In this document: positions 56,276 through 64,000 of the stretch, in pieces
Layout: every line of letters starts with the position of its first letter
Position numbering within the stretch: the first letter of the stretch is position 1
Source of the DNA: Chlorokybus atmophyticus
Taxonomy: Eukaryota > Plantae > Mesostigma and Chlorokybus algae
NCBI GenBank assembly: GCA_009103225.1
Contig: RHPI01003491.1
Location: forward strand, 341,292-405,291
Reading direction: 5' to 3'
Length of the DNA stretch: 64,000 nt
Notes under the pieces: model-generated
Told to the model about the DNA's origin: nothing
Seen by the model: the letters and a program-made list of their open reading frames with translations, nothing else
Database searches by the model: none
Translations under genes and position numbers: made by a program

Positions 56276-56956
56276 GCCTCCGGGACCAGTCGCCCAAGCG
56301 GACACGGGGGGCACTTGGCTGTATTGTAGGCAAAGGACTCTCACGAGACAGGCATGCAACATCAGTACAAAAATCCTCAATAAGCACGGCGCAGTTCGGG
56401 TTTGCAGAGCTCTTAGTGTTTGGGTCACAAACCCTGTGGCAGCATGACATCAGACCAATGAGGTGGAATTCATTCCTCACCATCTCTTAGGCTGAGAGTT
56501 TTCAGCACATTGCGCGCAAGCGCATCGAGGCATGGCGCATCTTGCATGTCCACTACTCGTGACCCCGTGCAGCAAGGACATCAACGCGCCTTCCACACAA
56601 CTGCCATAAGCGTTTGTGCAATCCAAAGGCACAGGCGAAGGTTGAAGGCAACGTTGCTAATGGTTGGTTCCAAGGTAACATCCGATATTTGACATGCAGC
56701 GATATGCCAAATGCAACAAGAATGCGTGACAACAATACTGGTTGGTTTGCTTTCTCATATGCAGAGAAATGCATCCTGCAACAGGAAGCATGCTGAAGAG
56801 CAGCTACACGGCAAGCAGTATTATGCTACTACTTTACATCTGGCATAAAGTTAGCCACCTGCAAATCTACAGCCAATTGAAGCAAAACTGGCCCAAACAG
56901 AAGGGTAGAATGTATCGCACAGCCTCTGATGACGCAACTAGAGTGTTGAGACTAGT

Positions 56957-58224
56957 TTAAGCTGCCGCCAACACCTTGAGCGTCTCATCGATGTGCTTCG
57001 TGGGCTGCACGTTGATGCACAAGTGAATACCAGCGACAGAGAGTCTTATGCATTGCGCGCAATGGTTGCTTACACATTGCAACACACGAACAGGAAGCCA
57101 TGACAGAGACAATTGCTGGACAGTCTGTTGTATGAAAAGCAAGGTCCTCACCTGGAACTGGTTGTTGAAGATGAGTTTGACTGTTCCCGTCCTGTCAATA
57201 ACATACGTCTGCCTCCCCGCCAGCGCTCCAAACAGGTCTGAGGGGATGCCCCACGCCTTGCGCACCTCGTTGCCCTCGTCGGACAGCAGCGTGTAAGGCA
57301 GGTTGTACTTGGCCTTGAAAGCCTTGTGCGAGGCGGGCGAGTCTCCGGACACCCCGACCACGACCGCTCCCTTCCCCGTGAACTCGCTGTACGCGTCGCG
57401 GAACGAGCACGCCTGCTTGGTGCAACCCGGAGTGTCGTCCGCCGGGTAGAAGTAGAGGACCACGTCCTTGCCCTTGAACTTGCTGAGGGAAACGTCGCGG
57501 CCGGACTCGTCCTTCAGACGGAAATCGGGAGCCTTGTCGCCAACCTTGACCTGGAGACGGGGAGCATTCGGTCGCGTATGTGATGACATGTCGTTTGGTG
57601 AGAGTAGGCAACACGTTGCACGCAATGTGTGTTGGAAGTGAGTCAGTTCAGCAGAACGGCTTGCGAGCACTGGAGTGACAATGATTGCTGTGAATGAGAT
57701 TTAGCTTATTGTGTGCCCAGGCAGTCAGCCAATACAACAGTCCCAAGTATACTATGTAACAGACATGCGCTCGCACGTGTTGACTCCTAGCACTGATATG
57801 TCACAGCGCAGTGGACGCACTCCATAGCTAATGTTGCTCTGACACAATGTTTGCGACAATGTACAATTGCTTTACCGTTTGTTGCCGTGACACTCACATA
57901 CACACACTCCAGTTTGTGATGACACATGGCCACTTGTGGTCGTTGCTGCCGGGAGATGACAAGAACGTGCACAAGCACAAGCACGACACTCACCTTGGCT
58001 TCCACGGCAAATCCCAAGAACCCTCTCGCCTTTGCCATCCTCGCCGTCTCCGCCACCAGCCTCGTGCCGCGGAACGACGAGGCCGGCAGGGGGGAGGAGG
58101 CAGAAGCCGAGGACGAGGGGGCGCGCCTCCTGGACGAGGCGGTGGAGAGGGAAGCGGCCGAGGTGACGCTCCGCCGTAGAGGGAGCGCCGAGGCGGCGGA
58201 AGCGAGGGAGGAGACGGAGGCCAT
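56957..58224 (-). CDS. PRXQ: Chloroplast peroxiredoxin Q (BCP family)
   Basis: Ser/Ala-rich transit peptide; VKVGDKAPDFRLKD; VVLYFYPADDTPGCTKQACSFRD (CxxxxC); GRQTYVID; NNQFQ|PTKHIDETLK. Confidence 0.96.
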
Positions 58225-59499
58225 CTGGGAGGAGACCGAGGGGTCAATGCAGGGGGGGGGACAACGTGTAAGGCGCAACATCCCTCTGTGCCAATGAATG
58301 AAAGGCGGGATTGGGTGGCCGGGCATGCAGTATGTACACGTACCTGGTGTTGGGAGCGGCAGCAGGAGCGGCAGCGGCGGTGGTGTTGGATACGACGTGT
58401 TCACGGGCACAAAACCTGTTGGACTCTGCTGTGGTGGGTCCACGTTACGCCACTGCGAGGCGATGGATCGGCAGCAACTTAGAGCGATCGGACGGCCAAG
58501 GCTAGTTGGTCCGTCACACTCACGACTGATGATGACTCATTGTCGTTTATGCGTTGCCATCAGTTTGTGTTTAACATTAGGGTAGTGTATGGAACATCAA
58601 GGGGCCAGAACCAGTAAACAAGCAAGCCACCAGCAGTTACAAGCGCAAGCAATCACAGGCAACCTAGCTATACAAGGCTAGGGCTGGGTTTTATGTGCAG
58701 TATGAGACGGAAACAGCAGCAGCAGGAGTGAAGCATGGGCTGGTACTTGTGCAAGAGTGCGCACACAGAGTAGTGGAGGGGAGAGGTTAAGCCCGCGACC
58801 ATGTGGTGGACAGTGCTTATGCGGACTTGGACAACCAGCTCCCCGTAACAATCCAGAGCACAACTGTGTAAACATTGCTGGCACACAATACTTGAGAGCA
58901 ACTTGCATCTTATGATATTCGTATATGATGCAATACCAGTATTTGCTCAAGGTTGCATACAACGCAAATTGCAAGTACATTTTCTTGAAAAAATTACCAT
59001 TGCGATGCATCTATAAATGAATTCATCAATCGCATAATGGTCAATAGCTAAGAGCGCTCGAATCCCACCATGAGTGCTACGTTCAAGCAACTCGTTGCAT
59101 ATTGCAAATCAATGTTGATATCAACTTTATGTTACTCGTTACGATGAAAGACGAAACGAGTATGTTCCATGAGATTCATGCGCGATAATCTACGCGCTAT
59201 GTGTCTACTTTATGTATGCATGGGCACAATGTGCAGTATACATTGTGCGGCTTATTTTTCAAGGAAAACATGGAAAACGAATCCGTACATCATGTCTATT
59301 TCATACATAATTACATAACGTGTACATCTCGCATTGGGATAATGTATATATGTCAACCCGCATGGTATTTGCGTGTTGTGGTGCGCCAACCCTAAACCCT
59401 CCTGGCGGCAGTGATTAATGAGAAATAGACAATGTAGTTGCCGCAAATGTTTTGCAAGTTTAATGATATGCATTACGCTTCAAGATCATAACAATGTAT

Positions 59500-60130
59500 A
59501 CCAAAGATCGACGGGGGAACTGCATGCGTGCAACGCATGCCACACAGACGGCAGTAGGCGGGCGGAGGTGGCGGTGAGGGTGTGGGTGACGTAGAAGGGG
59601 GAATCCATTTTCGGGTCTGCTGATGGTGTGGTCGCTGCTGTGGGAGCAAGGCCGCTACCCAAGGCATGTGCACGTGATGACGCACGGCAGCAGAGAAGGT
59701 AGGCAGCAGCTAGCTTAACAGCCCGGTAATGAGAGTGCTTCATAGTGTGGTATAATAAATAGAATGCAAGGATTGTAGCATGCATGATCATACTCACCAC
59801 ATTATGAAGCACTCTCATTAACCACCGGGCTACTAACCTAGCTGCTACCTACCTTCTCTACTGCCCATACCCATTAGACATGCATGCATGCATGCGTGCG
59901 CCATCACCTGCACATGCGCCTTGGTCAGCGGCCTTCTTGCAGCAGCAGCGGCCACACCAGCAGCAGGACTCAATGGACTCCCCCTCCCGCTTCACCCACA
60001 CCCCCGCCGCCATCTGCGCCAGCCTCCTACGGCCGTCTTGTCAACTGTCGGCTTAGGGTTTTATCAGTACACACGCATGCATGTACGGCACGCACGGAAA
60101 CTCCCTCTGCGGCGGTGCATGTCTTGGTTG
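59500..60130. repeat. Long imperfect inverted duplication (fold-back) with a 44-nt loop; a third direct copy lies at ~60354-60476
   Basis: The inner stem 59727-59751 pairs with 59796-59820 with one G-U. 59687-59713 pairs with 59838-59864, and 59545-59686 is homologous to the reverse complement of ~59890-60035. Confidence 0.85.
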
Positions 60131-61087
60131 TGTGCGCCTACTTTGATGACACGGTTGTGTGGTGAGTAGACTGCGCATACATGTGCGTGTTACACTCTTA
60201 TGCATGGCATAATCATTGCATTTTATTCAATAAACACAGCACACACAACACAGCACCGCCAGCAGCTGCATGCCACAAGCCAGCGCACACACCAACATGC
60301 ATGTTATTACACAAATGAATGTGTGATAACGGGCTCGAGGAACCTTCAACACGACCAGCGGGCTTAACTAAGCTAACTACCACTACTACTACCCCACCCT
60401 AATAGACATGCATGCATGCAACTTGCAGACTCAGTCACCTGCACAGCGGCCGTGGTTAGCGGCTGTGCTGCAACAGTCCCCCGCATGCCCATTAGGAGCA
60501 CATGCTCGCTCAGCGTGGCAATTGCCCGAGCTCGAGTAAGGAAAGGGCTAGTGCCGCCCAGGTAGCGAGTCTCCAGACTGGCTACCTGCGTGGCAATAGC
60601 CCGGGCAACTTTGAATTTGTATTGCATTGTTCTTGACCACATGTGCATGGGCTTGCCTATTTATCCACTCTCCTACCTTGTTGTGCTCATGTGCAAGGAG
60701 TTGACCCAGCCCTTACTCCGGCCTATTGCTGCCCTGCTTATCGCAGTGTCCCATGCCGCACATAGGACTCTGGCCTCCTAGCTTCGTGTATCTAGGTTGC
60801 TTGAGGTTGTGGTTGTGTGGCTTGTCATGCACCGTGCCTGCTTGCCTATGCTTTGTGGCCCCTTTCATTGCACTACCGTTTGTATACAGAAAATGCAAGT
60901 GACATATGTGTAGCATATATGCAATGGTGTGCATGTGATTGGGGAAGTGTACAAAAGGGGCATCGGGTAGTGTGTACTCGCAGCTCTGGCACGCAGCACC
61001 AAAACAAGGTTGGAACCAACATGCATGCTGTGTGCAGTGACGAGAGGTGAACACGTGCCAAAGCGCTATAGCAGGCAAGCTTTGGTG

Positions 61088-62245
61088 CTAGTGGGAGTGT
61101 TGGTGGTGGTGGTGGTGTCGCCGTTGCTGCTGCTGCTGCTGTTGTTGTTGCCTGATGAACAGTAGGGCGATGCGCTCGAGCACGGCAGGCGCGGCCGCCT
61201 CTGCGGCGAACTTGATTGTCGGTGTTGCCGCGTCTCCAATGGACGCGCAGCCCGTGCTAATGCGTGACAGTCGCAGGCCACCGGCGTCGCCTTTGGACTC
61301 ACCCAGCTGCAGCCCAAGAGTGCGAAGCAGACTCCCACGCAGCGACGCCAGCAGCTTCGGGCCTGTGCAATGCAATGGCACAACAACGCGCCGCATGCAC
61401 AGTAACAACAAGGAACAGGACGGGGCCAATAGAGTTGTGCTCGTACTGGTGCAAACAAGCAAGCTTGCAGAGACACTCTTGCTTGTGGAGGCTTGCATGT
61501 GCAACGCACGCACGCACGCATGCATGCCTTCCATTAGCACTACATCAGCTGAAACTGCATGCCGAAGCGTGTGCATGCACATGTTTATGTCTTTTTTGTG
61601 TGTGTGTGTGTGTAAGTGATTGTTGATCTGTGTGTTTGATTGTGCATAGCTCTGTCTCTCACAAGCATGCTGCTGCTGGTCGTCGTTGATGGCGGCGGTG
61701 ACGGCGTTGGGTGGCAGTGCGACGGTGAGGGTGCGTAGGCCCGGAGCTACGCCAGGAGGGGGAGTCCATGCGAGGCGGCAGGGGCTCGCGCTCTCTGCGC
61801 TCCCGGGCGGCGGCAGCAGGGCGGCGAGGAGGGCGCCTGGGTCGTCCGAGAAGGGCAGGCGGGCGGGGCGGAAGGCGATGTCGTGGCGGGCCTGCAGGCT
61901 GCGCAGGAGGCGATCCTGGGCGGCGGCAGCAGCAGCGCCGTGACCGGCAGAGCCCCTCAGCAGCAGGAGCCTGGCGGTGGCGTGCAGCGCTGCGGTTGCG
62001 CCGCCTAGGCTGTGGCACGTCCAGCCTGACGGTGCAGCAGATGTGCATGCGGAGGCGGACGGCGCCGGCAGGCGGGACGGCGGGGAGCAGCGCCACACAG
62101 ACCAGGCTGGACCGCACCAGGTGAAGGCATCCTCAAGCTGCTGCTGCGGGTTGCCATCATCGCCGCCGTCGGCCATAGCCTGCCTCGCCGCCGGCCCGGT
62201 GCTTCCCGCCACGAAGAGGAGCGATGCCACGTCGGGTATAACCAT
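61088..62245 (-). CDS. CENPL: CENP-L-like (Iml3/Fta1 family) inner kinetochore CCAN protein; one predicted intron 61363-61662
   Basis: WSVWRCSP; LQARHDIAFRPARL; RLAWTPP..LRTLTVALPP; LLASLRGSLLRTLGLQL; LRLSRISTGCASIG..TIKF..AVLERIALL. These are colinear with recalled human CENP-L segments (WTLYSLTP; FQKTFDCYFSPLAI; FLWSVP..LDISFAIHP; FMDCLYSHFHRHFKIHL; TRLVRVSTSVASAH..KIKI..GVLAYLTEL). The ATG may be at 62176. Confidence 0.6.
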   Translation of the reverse strand: MVIPDVASLLFVAGSTGPAARQAMADGGDDGNPQQQLEDAFTWCGPAWSVWRCSPPSRLPAPSASACTSAAPSGWTCHSLGGATAALHATARLLLLRGSAGHGAAAAAAQDRLLRSLQARHDIAFRPARLPFSDDPGALLAALLPPPGSAESASPCRLAWTPPPGVAPGLRTLTVALPPNAVTAAINDDQQQHACERQSYAQSNTQINNHLHTHTHKKDINMCMHTLRHAVSADVVLMEGMHACVRALHMQASTSKSVSASLLVCTSTSTTLLAPSCSLLLLCMRRVVVPLHCTGPKLLASLRGSLLRTLGLQLGESKGDAGGLRLSRISTGCASIGDAATPTIKFAAEAAAPAVLERIALLFIRQQQQQQQQQRRHHHHHQHSH

Positions 62246-62669
62246 AAGAGAGTTGTAGCCCGATGGGTAGGGGTTACATGAAGTACTCCTGGCCCCCTAT
62301 CCTTTCTTGTCATGGGGCTTGCTTGTGTGTGCTACAATTCAGGGGGCTGTAGCGCACCCGCAGTATGCCTCGTGATTTATATGATGCACAGGTGTTACAT
62401 GATGTACATATGTCCAATGTGAGAGGCGTGTGCGTACGGTGCATGTAAAATGTGTGCGAAGTATGGCGTAATTACAGATGCAGTGAACGCATCGTGATAT
62501 ACACGTTGTGGTTGCGTTCCAGAGCGTGTGTGAGGAATGCGTTTCTGCAGCATCGCACACATGTCTGCTGCATTCTACAGGTTGCGATTACTCCCTTCTT
62601 GCTCCCCACCCGCTTGCCGCTGCCCTGCGTGCTGCCTGAGGGCTTTAGGGCTTTGTCGTGGAGTCGGTC

Positions 62670-62677
62670 TAGGGTTT
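62670..62677. promoter_or_regulatory. Telo-box upstream of the CENP-L-like gene
   Basis: TAGGGTTT, with a degenerate TTTAGGGCTTT nearby at ~62644. Confidence 0.35.
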
Positions 62678-63436
62678 GTAAGACTCTTAAGTTGAAAGCT
62701 GTATTTGAGCCTCTCGTTTGATTGATTGCTTGCCTTCGAGAGGCTATGCTTGAGCCTGCTGCTTGTGTTGCATACGAGTACAAATCTCCCATTACGTGTG
62801 CCTCGCGCAACTCTTATGTTATGTAACAGCGCGCCTTGCTGCATCCAGCCACACTCTGTGGCTCGATGCACGTCTTGTTCAGGCATACAAACCTGAGAAA
62901 AAAGCAAAAGGCACTTCCTCGGCCGATCAATGATGCTTGCTGCAACACTTGCTCATGACTTCGGTTCATGGCCTTAGTACACGTGCTCTAAACCACTCAA
63001 TCATGTACACCACTACATGGTTCGTGATCACAACAGTGCCAATCTACAAATACAATTGCGACAACCTCGTACTGAACAATTAACATACAATACATCGGCA
63101 GCATGCCGCAGCATGCGCATGCACACGTCAACTTGGCATCACACAACCATAACGTACACGCGTACATAGGGATGTGCGGGTCCCCAACGTCACATGACAC
63201 AACGAGTACCCATAACGACTCACACCGATGTAACACACGACCACACCGCCGCACCCACACCGCTCTATATATACGTATATACAGTCCCACACTCCCATAT
63301 CTACACGCTCGCACACACCGACACTAAAATATTTACACTCACACCGCCACGTCCGGCTGCCACACTCCAACAAAATCGCCTGCGCGCGCCCCTGCTGCAG
63401 CACGCAGCACCAAACGCTGCTGGCAACCCCACATCA

Positions 63437-64000
63437 TTACGTGTGTGGTGCTGTTCCGAGACGCTCAAAGATGATGCCGTCCACATGCAACCCACATATC
63501 CACCATCCACCTTGATCGTTGTGCTTCCGGAATTTGTAATGCGCGACAGCGCTCAGCTGATGCACAACGAGCGTACCCACCAAGAAGTCAAAGTACCCGT
63601 GTCCATGATCATGCAAGCGTCAGGCTCGATCTGCAGCGTCAAGCCACCATCTTCCACCACATCGCCATGCTGGTTGTGCACTTGAACCGTCATGTGCTGC
63701 GCGTGTACACACAAAAACACGCAGCCATCATGGTTGTTCGTGAACGATGACAACGAGCAGACCACGCGCTGAGCAAGTTCTTGCAAGAGACACAACCCGT
63801 CGCGAGATGCTGCTGCGTGGTATACAAGTGTCGCGCACGCATACACATACCCACGCATGCAGGCATGCATGCCTCGCATACAGACAGAACGGCAGGCAAG
63901 GCAGCTAGCAGCTAGCAGCATGTCCCTTACCATGGGTCCGTCTTGGAGGAAGTCGTTGTCGATGGCGAGTCTCCAGCACACCCTGTACCTTCCTCCGTGC
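63437..64000 (-). CDS. 3' part of a gene, possibly PP2-like (phloem protein 2) lectin domain; truncated by the window edge
   Basis: GRYRVCWRLAIDNDFLQDGPM|gtaagg; GHGYFDFLVGTLVV...GWWICGLHVDGIIFERL...* resembles the PP2 Y.V.W.L and W..GL...GI motifs. One apparent frameshift near 63615. Confidence 0.35.

Noticed and set aside
57018-57160. Stop-free in-frame intron of PrxQ (and the 300-nt CENP-L-like intron) as possible exitrons
   Set aside because: Stop-free introns are common at this base composition, and retention would disrupt compact conserved folds.
59050-59072. GCTCGAATCCCACCA resembling a tRNA T-arm and CCA end
   Set aside because: No acceptor stem, D-arm or anticodon arm can be built upstream.

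Overview
Eukaryotic, intron-rich nuclear DNA from a photosynthetic green-lineage organism, most likely a green alga. The basis is nuclear genes with plastid transit peptides (ClpP5, TerC, PrxQ), plant-type telo-boxes and a standard genetic code; the exact taxon cannot be determined. About 15 spliced genes were reconstructed by hand from GT/GC-AG junctions: an SDR, a PhoX-like phosphatase, peroxisomal DECR2, TMEM258/OST5, PRP4 kinase, beta'-COP, a MAK-type kinase, ClpP5, an ankyrin-BTB protein, TerC, a hypothetical protein, a BIG-type Sec7 ARF-GEF, RRP40, PrxQ, a CENP-L-like protein and a partial PP2-like gene. Four head-to-head gene pairs share short (about 0.2-0.65 kb) intergenic promoters. 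Most ORF-track entries are intron or microsatellite artefacts. The most notable items are (1) a CENP-L-like CCAN kinetochore gene, (2) three fold-back hairpin loci (24.4, 53.1 and 59.5-60.1 kb), the last next to a third copy of its own arm, as expected for a hairpin small-RNA locus arising by inverted duplication, (3) an intron-containing PhoX-like gene which, like the neighbouring SDR, has several apparent small frameshifts, and (4) a degenerate RLE-type retrotransposon remnant. All protein identifications come from motif recognition and memory of family sequences, not from database searches. Gene coordinates span start to stop codon including introns.
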